A stretch of 63,960 nt of DNA, the filler included, from Octopus bimaculoides (lineage: Eukaryota), in the NCBI RefSeq assembly GCF_001194135.2. It is 5 parts of 5 records of this genome, joined end to end, with 100 filler letters (N's around TTAATTAATTAA, not from the genome) between each part and the next. Parts side by side here need not be neighbours in the genome. Positions count along the whole stretch, not along the records: positions 47,317 to 59,854 come from NC_068986.1; positions 59,955 to 62,717 come from NC_069000.1; positions 62,818 to 63,960 come from NW_026354657.1; 2 more parts are not named here. One strand, 5' to 3'. Shown here in pieces: positions 50,855-63,960 of the stretch. Position 1 is the first letter of the stretch; every line of letters starts with the position of its first letter. The position numbers were made by a program, and so were the translations under genes. Under the pieces are notes generated by a model. That model did no database searches. It worked only from the letters and a program-made list of their open reading frames with translations, and was not told the DNA's origin.

Positions 50855-51600
50855 CAAAAGGTACCTAAAAGAAACCGGAATTTTGCAATATTATTTCATC
50901 CGCTTAGCTTTACATGTTTACACTTTTATCGCTTTCGAAGCAAAATATCAGACGAGGCGCGTTTTCCCCTATTCGAAGCAGTCCTGCCACTTTGTCGAAG
51001 TGATGCCTTTTAATGCCTCCGTCGTTTTTATCTTCACCTCTTCCACCTCGGCAAATTCCGTAGCACCAGATTCCGTCACCAGTGATGACCTACGAAAATA
51101 GTCCGGATCAACTTTCAGCTGTTGTTTCAGTTCATGACACGCATTCTTTTGTGACTGCTTTTGATCTTCCGTGAGCAATCGAGGCGCAAATTTTGCTGCT
51201 ATTCTTTTCATTTGCAATTCCTCAATGAAAGTTCATTGATAGGAGCTCCAAGACACACCAGTCATATCAGCAAGTTCGTCAAATGTCTTTCGAGATCAGT
51301 TCATGAATTTCATGATGTTTTCATTCTTTCAGGAGGTCGATAGTCGTCTTGAACGAGGTTGGTTTTCAAGTAACCATAAGGTGAAGACAACTCGTAAACT
51401 TGTGTTTTGCTCATGGCAGGAGTTTCGACCGCCTTTTTCGCCAGTAGAAAACAGAATTTCACAGAAACATGTTCTTCCTTTGTTTCAGCTGTCGCAAAAA
51501 TTGACAAATAAGGGAGAAGCACTGCGAAGCAAAGACACATCACGTGACAGTGCGATCTGACTCAACGATGCAGTTCGGCAGGCTGATGCCTGAGGGTCGC
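50855..51600 (-). mobile_element. Internally deleted mariner (third family)
   Basis: VKFCFLLAK, MSKTQVYE, IAAKFAPRLLTEDQK fused to a C-terminal segment (WQDCFE*). Confidence 0.85.
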
Positions 51601-51889
51601 GTCATGTGGCTTATAGTGCGGGACCTGAACTACAACGAATTTGTTCCACACAGATCGTTTCCGGTTACTTTTGTGTACTAAACACAGACACATACAAACA
51701 TACACAGACACACACAAACATACACAAACACACACAAACATACACAGACACACACAAACATACACAGACACATACATATAAATGTTTTATTATTAGCTTC
51801 AGTTCGAGAGCTGCGACCATGCTGGGGCACCACCGTTGGCTTTGCTAAACTTTTACTACTTGAAATTTCCTCTAATATGTGACATTTGG

Positions 51890-52570
51890 TAAATAAGGGA
51901 GTTTGATTCTGACGCCCTCATCTGCGATTCCTACTGCGAGGTAGTTTCGTCTGGAACACTTGATAAAGACAACGCCGAGCCATGTACGTCTGTCGGTCTC
52001 TTTGGGAGGAGATTGGATTACTGTGGGTCCTTGAAATCCAATCAATTACAATAATAGGTTCTGTATCCTGATGATAATGTTAGAATATTTGGCACAATTC
52101 AGTGGAGCCTCGGTCTACCATCTGTGCAATTTTCAATGCCAAAGTTCGGAACACACCCCATAATATTCTTGTTATATGTCAGAGCGTATCTTCTCTGCAT
52201 TCGGTCTGGAGAGTAGAATATTATCTTTTTCAACCTGTCGCATTGAGATTCTTTGTGTAGCTTTGATGGGTTGTTTCGAGTTCCGTTGTTAATTTTACGC
52301 TTATTGGTGTCCATAGTTGTGTACAGTAGTCTAAACGTTTGTGGACAAATGTAAATTCAAAGACAACCATCGATGCGGGTTCTCTCGTTCCGAGTAATAT
52401 GCACCTCAGTAATATGCACCTGGAAAGATCCAGCATTATTCAAGACACTGCTTAGATCGCACACTGATTTTGATTCAGAGATTCTAGTCCCTCCAAATGT
52501 AACGCATCCTCTTTGGGTGCTTGTAGCGCACGTCTTGTAGTTTCGCAACATTAAATTACTTACGTATATG
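51890..52570 (-). pseudogene. CR1-like LINE RT C-terminus
   Basis: SFQVHIT, RLDYCTQLW, VPNFGIE, FKDPQ; frameshifted. Confidence 0.75.
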
Positions 52571-52959
52571 TATTTCATTTTCTTCAAATTCTTGATATCT
52601 AAATTTGTTCCATACTGAGAATTATTTTCAGAACTTGCTGTTCACCAGCTTCTTTTCCATCAACTTACAATTCCTTCCAGGTTTCTTTACATCATTTTCC
52701 TTGAATTTTCAAAGTTTCCTCCGTACAACTTTTCCGACATCCTCTGTTGCATCTGAAGCTGATTTTAGTTTTGAACAATTTTTAAACGATCCATAGAAAC
52801 ACCTCCAGGCTGTGGATCGATTTGTTAGGACTAGCCACAGCTGCAACTCCTACAAATTAACTCTGTTTATCAGTTGGCAATATAAGAAACTATTTAGTCT
52901 TATTAGAAGGTCGGATCAAATAATTTAAACTTAACTGCATTATTTCCAACATTTATCTT

Positions 52960-53160
52960 TTATCTTTATCTTTTACTTGTTTCAATCATTAGACTGCTGC
53001 CATGCTGGGGTACCGCCTCGCAGAATTTTAGTCGAACGAATCGACTCCATTTGTTTTAAAGTCTGGCACTTACTGTATCCTCCGATTTGCCGATCTGCCA
53101 AGATTCGGGAACGTAAAGAAACCACCACCGGCTGGGTGTCAAGTGTGCACACACACGCAC
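52960..53160 (-). mobile_element. SINE family A tail
   Basis: cttttacttgtttcaatcattagactg.ccatgctggg. Confidence 0.75.
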
Positions 53161-53913
53161 ACATGCACGCACACGTAGATTTCTTACCACACTGCCACGC
53201 CTGGAATCCTCAACATTTCTCAACTTATAAAAGCTATTACTTCAACAAGGAACAGTATTGGCGTCTTTCTCTGTTTCTATATATCCCATTATCTATTTGC
53301 ATTAATAACTGATTTCCTTATTAAGTATTTGAAAATCTGCTTGAAATCCAACAGATTATATACAACAGCTCTCGTCCCTATGTCTATAAGGTTTGTATAT
53401 ATAAATGACGAAGTTCTATCTGGAAAATTGAATTTCCTCAAATGAATGGTAATTAATTTAGGGCAGAAAACCTTAAAAGTAGTAACACTATATTCCTATA
53501 AGTACCAAACAGATGGCCGTTTCTGATGCGCGTAAGTACACACAATCTCTCCTCTGTGGAGTTCTAAATATGTTGCATTTATCTACGCTGATTTGCGATC
53601 AATAATCTCTCTACACAATTATATTTAGCACTAAGTGTTTAAAACTACGAGTGGTGTACTTAATTGTAGTTTGATAGTGTCTTAATTTCGCTTTCATACA
53701 TTCGTAGTTGTGAACGGTTTCAGGAAAGGTCTTGAGCAAGATTAGTGGTGGCCTCATAAAGTAGTGAGACTGAGAAAATTAGACAAATTGCACTGTTGGC
53801 TGGTGCTATTTGACAAAAATATATGTTTATGGAGTGGAGGAATTTCCAGACGACAACGCTTTGACAAGTAGGGACAGGAGTGCAGCACTGCATGTGGAAG
53901 ACACAGCCTCAAT

Positions 53914-54036
53914 ATGAAATCAGCCAATCCCGGGGATCCAAACCCGCTGCAGTCAGGGAAGGAAAGTCAGATCGAAGCGACAGTAGATATCTGCGCCGAG
54001 TATTGCGATGGACAGATGCATGCTAACATATTCATG
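53914..54036 (+). CDS. Candidate exon (MKSANPGDPNPLQSGKESQIEATVDICAEYCDGQMHANIFM)
   Basis: Unique island of about 50% GC; 41 open codons ending at an atg|gtaagc donor in phase 0. No homology recognised. Confidence 0.3.
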
Positions 54037-54457
54037 GTAAGCTTTGTGCTCTGTCTGCTTTGGCTGTACTGTACGTCATAAGCGTCCGTGTGTGTACGTG
54101 TATTCGTGAGTGTATGTGCGCGTTTGTGTGTGTGCGCGCGTTCTTCTGTTTGTATGAGGATGACACTGACCTAGATGTAGTAGCAGCCGACTACTATAGG
54201 TCTCACTTGATTAGCGGACTAAAGCTTTTAGACTAGTTTTGTTTAGTTCTAGAACACAATGAGTATTATAATTCTTAACACAAAAGGATTTGATGAGGAG
54301 GAGATATGTCTCGTTGCTCTAGGAACTCATGCTACCACGTAAAGGCTCTCACGCAATCATACGATATAGTGTTAGGTAGACAAAGACATTTTGAAATCTA
54401 TAGGGTCTATAAATACTTGCCCAAATTGATTGTTGTCTTTATACTACCAAATGCGTT

Positions 54458-54720
54458 AAGGTGCATAGCTTAGTAGTTAAGGCATTCTGCTCATGATTAC
54501 AAGATCGTGGTCTCGAATTCAGGTGGTGCGTTGTGCACTTTTTTGAAGCAAAACACTCATTTCATGCTGGTTTGCGATGACTTTCACATCTGACGTGTGA
54601 CACACCGCACTCCTTTATAGACAATGTAGGTTTAATTGCTGGAACGGGCTCATGTAAAGCACAAACATTTGATCACTATAAGCAAATCTTCTTACCAGGT
54701 TGTACTGCCAGAAGTTGCAG
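54458..54720 (+). mobile_element. tRNA-type SINE family D
   Basis: tagcttagtagttaagg head, acaagatcgtggt; body shared with 31490. Confidence 0.7.
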
Positions 54721-55765
54721 AACTTTTATCTCACGTTTAACACAGAAAAGACCATCAACACAAAGCAAATGTAAACAAGTGTTTCTTAATTACAACACAT
54801 ATAAATGAAATATACCACAGCTCACTATTTAAACGAAGTTAACACAGACTTCATTATTTCTCTTTCTGCGCAGTAAAGGTTTTCATGGATATTTTCTAAG
54901 CTAATAATGTTGCTTTTGTGATCGCAAATACAAAATATTTTTTCAGAACCTACTAATATTTCTCTCCCGACTAATTTTCTCAGGTAATACTGACAGCAAG
55001 ATCGAGTATGTTTCCTTATAGAGGTTTTATAACCCCGAAACATACTCGCAGATGTCACCTTAATAGCAAAAGCACACACGCTTCAACATGTTGCATATTA
55101 TAAATATGTAATTAAAAATAACAATTTAGAGTTGTCTCCCCTAACTTTTGAGACTTGAATTAAAAACCAAAATGGTAAATATTTGTCTTTACTATGAACA
55201 TAATGTTAGTTAATTAAACGTTGGAATTCTTTACATAAATGTTTAGATAGCTATTGTAAACCATTTAGTTTTCATGTAGATCGTGTCCCTGAGTAAATTT
55301 CCTTCATACAAGTGTTGTCACATAAATATTCATTTTTAGATGATTCGTTTTAGATCCTTAGATCTTACTTAGGTATATATTTTTTATATACTTTTACTTT
55401 GGTTTATACGATTTTATATTCTGATATACGAGATTATATGATTTTCTATATTCCATAATTAAACAGCCTTTAGCTGAAGAAATTGTAATTAAGATTCTGG
55501 AATGCCACAATCTTCATATCGGTCATGTCATTGTGACTATTATCTCTTCATATAGACTTAATTCTCTTAATATTAAATTATTGAGAATTCATTCAGGAAA
55601 ATGTGAAGAAAAAATAATAGAGTCATGCAATCAAAAAGACTTTTATATCTTTCCTAAGATTGATACAGAGTGGAATTTTAATTAAGAAAATAACCTTCAC
55701 AAAAAATGTCATATGAAGACAGTAAAGGTAAAAAGGTAAGAATAATGACGAAGTGAGAACTTCGA

Positions 55766-55769
<4 letters not shown>

Positions 55770-55863
<94 letters not shown>

Positions 55864-55868
55864 AGAGA
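55770..55868. repeat. (AG)n microsatellite (a second tract lies at about 56400-56500)
   Basis: Direct reading. Confidence 0.95.
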
Positions 55869-56402
55869 ACGGGAGAAATAATATTGTCAGTGGAAAGTGT
55901 GTATGTGAGTAAATATTTGTAAAGTTTCTATTCAGAGTGAAGAAATAAATTTGGTGTCATTGATGATAATAAGTGCTACATCATGCATGCAGGAAGAAGA
56001 GAGTTATATACTCCAGGTGATAATAATGATAGAGCTAAGAACAAAACGAAAACGTAAGAACAAATAGAAGAAAATGAAAGGCATGGAGTGAACACAAATA
56101 AACAACAAACAAACATTGTTAGTGAATGTATATCATTGTTCGGAAGAGATAGTGTACGTGAAACAGTTTATGTGGAGCAGATTTTGTTTTATGGTTGAAG
56201 TTGCTGTAAAGATTGAATAAAATCGTGATTGAAAGCTGCAAGCAATCGTATAGAGGAATATAATGTTAGGTAGATAAACTAGGTGTGAAGTCAGGTTTGA
56301 GAGGAAATGAGAATGTAGAGGAAGAATAGTAAAGTAGAGCAAATAAGTGAGAGAAGCACACGATGGGAAGGAAAAAGAGTCATCATGTAAGAAAGAGAGA
56401 GG

Positions 56403-56504
<102 letters not shown>

Positions 56505-56735
56505 GAAATTGAATAAGGACTGCAATAGAGAGGCGGAAATTAAAGACACAGAGAGATATAGACAGTGATGAAAGAAGAACACTGAGTGCAATAATTGTTT
56601 GTTAAAATGATATTATGTACGGTGTTGAATGATATGCTATGTATACAGAAACACACACATAGTCATGCAAAAACACATGACACACCACACACACACACAC
56701 ACACACATCTATATATAGATGTAAAAAAACATACC

Positions 56736-56784
<49 letters not shown>

Positions 56785-56937
56785 GTTTGTATATTTTTTC
56801 AATGTGTACGAATAACAAGGAAAAAAAAAAGATAATACGGTGACAAAGTTCAAGTTAGACCCAAATATATTACAGACCACTTATAAATGTAGAAATTCCA
56901 AGGTTAAGTGAAATGTTTTTGCATAACATGGATAAAC

Positions 56938-58323
56938 TAAGAAATGGAGTCAAATGTAGGTGTTACTCAAATCATTTTTACTTCCAAAATATGTTTCAGA
57001 AAAAGCATTGATATTTTTCCAAAAGGAATAAAAGTGATGTAAAACAACGGAGCCATCTCGTCAGGGAAAAAAGGAACAAAACACATCATTAAGCCATTGT
57101 AACCGAATGTGATTTCCACGTACGTAAGTATATGATCTAAGGAGAATTCTAGCAATTTATGTTTTGTTTTTAACCTGTTAATAGCAATAAATTAATAAGA
57201 ATTTTTGCGGCGTAAGGGAGATAACCGTTCTTTATATCCCTTTATACTTAATAAGAATCAATCTAGAACTTTTAAAGATAATTACCCAAATAACAAGGTG
57301 GGTTCTAATAAAACAATTCGGTTGATCATTCCATTTGATAAGCAGATCAAATCCAACCTCCCTTATCAATTTCCTGAAGCTATAGATAAGAATTTTCCAA
57401 ACAATTCCAGATACCATACCATTATCAATTCACACCGAATTAGGATAGATTTTCCAAAGACTAGAAACCTTTCACAAATCATTTCTTCACATAAACATAA
57501 GTTATTACATACAATTCCACTTAATAAAAATAATAGCAGTGATATTATTGACGCTAACATTTCTTTGAGCAATACTAAAAGCTATATTAATATTCCTGAT
57601 ATAAATTCGAATCGAATTCGGTTCCTTAGCGACAATTCTGAGAGTAGAACCTCTGTTTATCAAAGTAAAATTACTTCGGGTTCTGATGACTTTTTTTTCG
57701 TCTCAGTTGTCGAAAAGAAAATCTAACCATTATTCTACTTTCACACATAGTGACAAACGCAACAATATTGGGCTTGGTAACTTTATTTTGTCTCTAAAGG
57801 AACATAATAAACAATACGTTTTGGAATGCAAAATTCTATCGATATCCTTTCCACTTGGCAAAAATGAAACATTTTGTCCGCTCTGTAACGATGAGCTCTT
57901 TTTCATCCATTTCTCGAAGAATTCTCTTGTAAACGCGTTTAAAGAACGCGTTTAAAGAACGCGTTTATTGTTGTAAACATTGGCAAAGATTGGTTCCTAT
58001 AAGTAATTTCTACCAGTCTATAAAATCCGACCTTTAACTGTCTTCTTACATTGCATTCCAACTACTTATGTCTATTTCCACAAAATAATTTTCCACTCTA
58101 TATTTTCTGTTAATTTCGTTAATTTCAAAAATATCTTCCTAGCATTTTCTAACGTCATATACTCATGTACGCGGAAATCACACTCGGTTAAAATGGTTTA
58201 TTGATGTCTTTTTTTCCTCATTTTTTTCCACGGCGAGATGATTGCATTGTTTTATTTAATCTTTATACCCTTCGGAATAATCTCAATGCTATTTTCGAAA
58301 CCTGCGTTTGACTCCATTTCTTA
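56938..58323 (+). mobile_element. 5'-truncated PLE with inverted terminal pseudo-LTRs
   Basis: Internal IDKNFPNNSRYHTIINSHRIRI, SVYQSKI, CKILS...FCPLCNDEL. 56938-57135 and 58155-58323 are inverted copies; CTGACGA on the minus strand at 57058-57064. Confidence 0.85.
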
Positions 58324-58744
58324 AATTAAATAAACAAATAAATAAATATATAAACACACTTTTGTTTGTGTATTAATGGTGCCATTGGTTTCAAGTTAGG
58401 AACATTTTTTTTTAATATCTTAGCAAGAAAGCAAAAGTGGCCTAAATACACAAATAAAGGAATTCTATCGACCAATCAGGTGTTGATTATTCATTCTTGT
58501 CCTTCAACATTTACGTATAGTTATATACATATACACGCAGACAAACGCACACACACACACACACACACACATCTATACATGCACATTTTCATTATGGGTA
58601 CAAGTTACAGAAGCACCGAAAGTTTCATCAATTGCTCTTAAATATTTGTTTATTATGTCCACGATAAATGTGACGTCAAAAACATCACTAAGTGCTACTA
58701 AACGAAACTATCAACCTTCTGCCGCTCCTAAAACTGTGCAAATA

Positions 58745-58947
58745 AATGGCCAAGTGGTTAGGGCAGTGAACTCGCGGTCGTACGGTTGCGGTTTCGATTC
58801 CAAGACCGAGCGTTGTGAGTGTTTATTGAGAGAAAACAGCTTTAGGTATTTTCGCTCAATAAGCACTCACAACGCTCGGTCTGGGAATCGAAACCGCGAT
58901 CGTACGTCCGCAATCCGAAGCCCTAACCACTCGGCCATTGCGCCTCC
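58745..58947. repeat. Hairpin made of two oppositely oriented family B SINE heads
   Basis: Arms about 58745-58836 and 58849-58939 with a 12-nt loop. Confidence 0.9.
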
Positions 58948-59812
58948 AAATAATTTTGAAAAATGCAGAATGAATAATAATCAAATGGAGCAATGTGCGG
59001 CGAATATGGTGGACGGGGCATCGTTTCCAATTCAAACTGCTCCAGCCTTTGCAATATCATCCTTGCTGTATGTGGCCGAGGATTAACCTGATGGAAGAAC
59101 ACCTTTTGTCTAGAACCCAAAGATGGTGAAGACATTCTTTAGCTTGGGCTGCCCGTGTTTTGCTTGACATTTTTATAGACAACCCATTTCTCGTCACCAG
59201 CCACTATTTCGTCCAAACAAAGGTTCAGTCCTGAGGCGTAACAGCAAAGAAGAGCTCACGTTCACACTCTCCACGTTATTAGACTCTGAATGTTTGTGAG
59301 GAACCCATTGACCCGATGGCACACATGTGTCGATGAATGGTTGGATGATCAAATCCAAGGTTTTCTGCTAGTCCCCCAATAGTTACGACGTGACTTTGTT
59401 CCACCAGGTTTAGCAGGACATCTTCGTCGAGCTCAACAGATCTTCCAGAACGAGGCCCATTTTCTATGCTATAGTTTCCGGCTCGAAATTTCTGGAACCA
59501 CCGTTGACACTGGTTTACGCTAATTGTCCGACCTCCACGTACTGCATTAATATTCCTCATACTTTCCGTTGCATTGTTGCCTTTATTGAACTTATAAAGA
59601 AAAATATGCTGAATATGCTCTTCTTACACTTCCAATATTGCGTTCAAAACATATCTGTTAAAATCGAACTGTACTCTTCAATACTTGCACTAATAATAAG
59701 CACAAGGTAAATTTACTACCTGTTTTTATAGCAAGTTGATGCAGGTAGTTCCTCGCGTCCCCCTCTGACTTCTAGTGTATGCAATTGAGAAACCGCATTA
59801 TTTATAGGATAA

Positions 59813-59818
<6 letters not shown>
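58948..59818 (-). mobile_element. Mariner (family of 35288) with 5' TIR, 3' end lost
   Basis: tattggttatcctataaataatgcggttt terminus; QRWFQKFRAGNYS; PYSPHIAPFDYY; cut at the SINE hairpin. Confidence 0.9.
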
Positions 59819-59854
<36 letters not shown>

Positions 59855-59954
59855 NNNNNNNNNNNNNNNNNNNNNNNNNNNNNNNNNNNNNNNNNNNNTT
59901 AATTAATTAANNNNNNNNNNNNNNNNNNNNNNNNNNNNNNNNNNNNNNNNNNNN

Positions 59955-60160
59955 CAAACACACACACATACAAACATACACACACACATACATATATATA
60001 TACATATATACGACGGGCTTCTTTCAGTTTCCGTCTACTAAATCCACTCACAAGGCTTTGGTCGGCCCGAGGCTATAGTAGAAGACACTTGCCCAAGATG
60101 CCACGCAGTGGGACTGAACCCGGGACCATGTGGTTGGTAAGCTAGCTACTTACCACACAT
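59955..60160 (-). mobile_element. SINE family A head and core
   Basis: Reverse complement gtggtaagtagctagcttaccaaccacatggtcccgggttcagtcccactgcgtggca. Confidence 0.9.
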
Positions 60161-61404
60161 TTGATGTAAATGTACAGTATAGATACACACAATAAATATA
60201 ATACACATGTATATGTGTGAATATATATATGTGTGTGTGTTAATACATATATATGCACACACACACACACACATATATATATGAACATCTCCTCTAATTG
60301 AATTTATAGTATATACATATATTTATTTGCATATATCATGTTTGTATTAGTATACATATTGTAAATATCAGTGCATATTGTTACATATACAGAGTATACA
60401 ATGCATGGTGAACATGTATGCGTGCTCGCGCGCGTGAATGATTGTGTGTGTGCGTGAATGTTTCTAATTATAGATGAAAAAGAGACAGAAGTGAACATGG
60501 AGGAGGTCCACAAAATGTTAAGTTTATTAATGAGATAAACAGCGTTGAAAAAGGCGGAGAAGGCACAATGTGACTTTTGATCACGTGACAGGCTCAACCA
60601 CTGCCGACGACACAACAGTCAATCAGTTTTCTCAGTTATCTTTCTCATTTTATATCTCTGTTTCATTTCTCGTCCACTCATTTTTTTTCTTTTTCTGCCT
60701 CCGCCTCTTCCTTCATCTTCTCTCTTTCTTTTTCTCTAACGTTATTTGTGTCACTTGCCCTTTTCATCTCTGCTCAATCAAGCTTAACTTGGGAGCAAAA
60801 AAAAAAAAAACCCCAAAAAAACACCACTTCTTCAATCGACTTCCTTGTTCATGCTCAATATATCATATCCTGCTCACAAGACTTTTTTTTTTCTTTCTTT
60901 CAACTTTTACTTCTCCTTGGGTAAGCTTTCTGTTTGTCCGCCCACCCCAATCTCTTTCTTTCACACACGCACACACACACATACACATACACACACACAC
61001 CATATTTACTACACACCTTTCTATCAAAGTTAGTTTTCAAACATTTTATCATACACACAATCATTTTTACCTTTTATATCTTTCTCCACACATGCATTAG
61101 GACATCGAACCTTATTACCTCTTCCCTTTCCCATACACACACACACACACACACACACATACATCTATATATGTATATATATAAAAATTTTAATAACCAA
61201 GGTGATCGATCCATAAGGAGTTTACTATAGACCTTTGTGGACGAATTTTTGCTATTTTGGTAACGATTACATGTTTTATCTCACCAATACATTGTCTAGA
61301 TATCATTATATGAACACATATATGTATATATATATATATATATACATATGTATGTCTATGTGCATATATATGCATGTGTGTGTGTGTGTGTGTTTTAATT
61401 ATAG

Positions 61405-61590
61405 CAATCCTTTCTACTATAGGCACAAGGCCAGCAGTTTCGAGGGAGAGGTTAAATCCATTACATCGGCCCCAGTACTTAACGGTTAATTACTTTATCG
61501 AACCTGAAAGGTTGAAAGGCAAAGTCGACCTCGGCGAGATTTGAGCTCAGAACATGAAGCTGGACGAAATTCTGCTCAGCATTTTTGTAC
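61405..61590 (-). mobile_element. SINE family C
   Basis: gaaaggcaaagtcgacctcggc...tttgagctcagaac. Confidence 0.8.
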
Positions 61591-61604
61591 AGCAACAACA
61601 ACGG

Positions 61605-61703
61605 TATTAATAATAATAATAATAATAGTAGTAGTAGTAGTAATAATAATAATAATAATAATAATCATAGTAGTAATAATAATAATAATAATAATCATAA
61701 TCA

Positions 61704-61748
<45 letters not shown>

Positions 61749-61750
61749 AA
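61605..61750. repeat. (TAA)n/(TAG)n trinucleotide microsatellite
   Basis: Direct reading. Confidence 0.95.
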
Positions 61751-62099
61751 GAAGAAGAAATCGACAAATGGATTATATAGTATATCTACAAATGTTTCAT
61801 GAAGAGGGGTTTTTTGGGGGCGGGAGAGATGTAATATCGTATATAGCATCTATAAAATTATGCAACACGTTACATTGAAAGTCCCTAATCTTCAGGTTAA
61901 ACCATAAATGTAGACAAGTAAATATTGATATGTCACTACGTTAAAGAACATTGCAACATATTTTACTAAAATATGTTACTACGTCCTTTGGGAGTTTACA
62001 GTATAATCTCTAAATGAAATATTTAAAAGTGTACCATATAGCTCATACGTCTGTCTTCATTATTACATTACGACACGCTTAAAGTTCCAGTCAGTTTTC

Positions 62100-62370
62100 G
62101 CCGATCAAAGCCTTCTGAGTGGATTTGGTAGTCGGAAACTGAAAGAAGCCCGTCGTGTAAATGTACATATGTATATATATACATACATAAATACATATGT
62201 ATGTATGTATTTGTGCGTCTGTGTTTGTTCCCCCACCATTTCATTTAGAGAAAAGAGACCGGTGGAATAACTACTAGGCTTACAAAGAATAAATCCTGGT
62301 GTCGATTTGTTCGACTAAAGGCGGTGCTCCAGCATGGCCGCAGTCAGATGACTAAAACAAGTAAAAGAAT
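62100..62370 (+). mobile_element. SINE family A core and tail
   Basis: aaagccttctgagtggatttgg...gaaagaagcccgtcg...aaacaagtaaaaga. Confidence 0.9.
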
Positions 62371-62410
62371 ATATATATACTCGTGATGGTATTTTAATAA
62401 TACCATCCCT

Positions 62411-62449
<39 letters not shown>

Positions 62450-63189
62450 ACAAATAATATGTGAGTATATGCATATATACGTACATGTATGTACATACCT
62501 ACATCTACGTGTATATATAGATGCATATCTGGGTACAGGACGTCACAAAAAAAAAACGCGGACAAAATGAAAAACAAGAATATAAACAGAGCACGGAAAA
62601 CAAACTTTTTTTCGGACAACGGTAGGAACACACAGGAAAACAGACAGGCCACATAGAGAACATTTATATATATATATAATATATGAGTAATACAAATAAT
62701 ATATATATATATATATANNNNNNNNNNNNNNNNNNNNNNNNNNNNNNNNNNNNNNNNNNNNTTAATTAATTAANNNNNNNNNNNNNNNNNNNNNNNNNNN
62801 NNNNNNNNNNNNNNNNNCCACTCGAAATGCGTTGCGTTAGATGAGTTATGCACGCGCACCCCCCCCCACACAGACTCTCACTTTATTGTATAGAGATATG
62901 TATATGAAAGTTACATACGTGTATCTGTATACTTATGCGCATAATCTGATATACATACACGCACAAGCGCGCGCGCACACACACTCACAAACACGCACGC
63001 AAGCAAGCACACACACACACATATGTGTACGTGTATATCAACGTATATCCATGTACGCATATATGTATGTATGCATGTATGTATCTAAAAGTTACATATA
63101 TGTATCTATATTTGTGTGCATATACAGATATGCATGCAGAAACAAGCACGCACACACACACACACACACTCACGTACATATATACACAT

Positions 63190-63240
<51 letters not shown>

Positions 63241-63842
63241 GCCGTGAAGAAGTAAGTAAGATGAAAGTAACAACCGCCTTCATATTGATTTGTTGGGAGA
63301 AGAAAAAGTAATTAAATCGAAATTGTTACTTACGTTAGAAATTTCCCTGTAAAGAATTTCCGGGAATCCTAAGCTAAATACAATAAATACAATGCTCAGA
63401 TAATAATTGAAACGAAGCAACATAAAAGAACGCGATTGGAAATTATATACACAGAGTTATAATTATTAAAGAGGCTTGTAAGATATCCATTCTGATGTCA
63501 ACAGCGAGAAGTTAACTCTTTCATGAATATATTTCTAATGAAATTCACACTTCAACTATTTCAAATTATCTTTTACTAAATCATTTCAAAATAATTAAGA
63601 ATTTTCAGTCTATAATCCATAATTTAACTAAAACGTCTTGTTATTATTCTAGGAACCTTTTAAATTTAATATACCCACTAAGTGAGTCAATAAAAAAATG
63701 ATGTCATTAAGTTATGCTCCATATGTAATTGACTACTGAAGCTGCAACTTCGGTTTTGCAGAATTTTGGTTACTGGTTTTTTTGAACCAAGTGTGTTCAC
63801 CTTCGGAAACACACTCTAAATTAAACAAACATTAAATTTCTG

Positions 63843-63960
63843 ACTGTGTGGTAAGAAGCTTTCTTCCCAGTCGCATGGTTTGGGGTTCAGTCCCACTGCG
63901 TGAAACCTTAGGCAAGTATCTTCTACTATAGCCTCGGGTCGACCAAAGCCTTGTGAGTGG
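63843..63960 (+). mobile_element. SINE family A head, cut by the window end
   Basis: ctgtgtggtaagaagc...ggttcagtcccactgcg...ttaggcaagt.tcttctactatagcc. Confidence 0.9.

Noticed and set aside
54825-55079. 84-aa minus-strand ORF
   Set aside because: No homology recognised; length alone is insufficient.
57684-57720. CTGATGA...GAAA inside the PLE coding remnant
   Set aside because: Lies in coding sequence with no stem I or stem III.
60580-60589. ATCACGTGAC E-box/CLEAR-like site
   Set aside because: About one such word is expected by chance in a window of this size; no promoter evidence.
63334-63346. 13-nt minus-strand microexon
   Set aside because: Good splice words but not frame-preserving and unsupported.

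Overview
Very AT-rich, microsatellite-saturated eukaryotic DNA with 14 assembly gaps. The SINE, LINE and mariner families present suggest a coleoid cephalopod, probably Octopus (inference). No host gene could be identified; only weak candidate exons were found. Nearly all interpretable sequence is decayed mobile DNA: several Penelope-like elements (PLEs; RT and GIY-YIG remnants), an internally deleted Helitron, three mariner families, a Ty3/Gypsy integrase with PPT and 3' LTR, RTE and CR1-like LINE pieces, four tRNA-type SINE families and MITEs. Most six-frame ORFs are microsatellite or gap artefacts. The strongest unexplained structure is about a dozen type-I hammerhead ribozyme (HHR) motifs from several unrelated sequence families, on both strands. 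Many sit as outward-facing pairs in the arms of inverted repeats, either bracketing truncated PLEs or forming stand-alone, ORF-less 430-450 bp palindromes. All alignments were made by eye and repeat boundaries are approximate.
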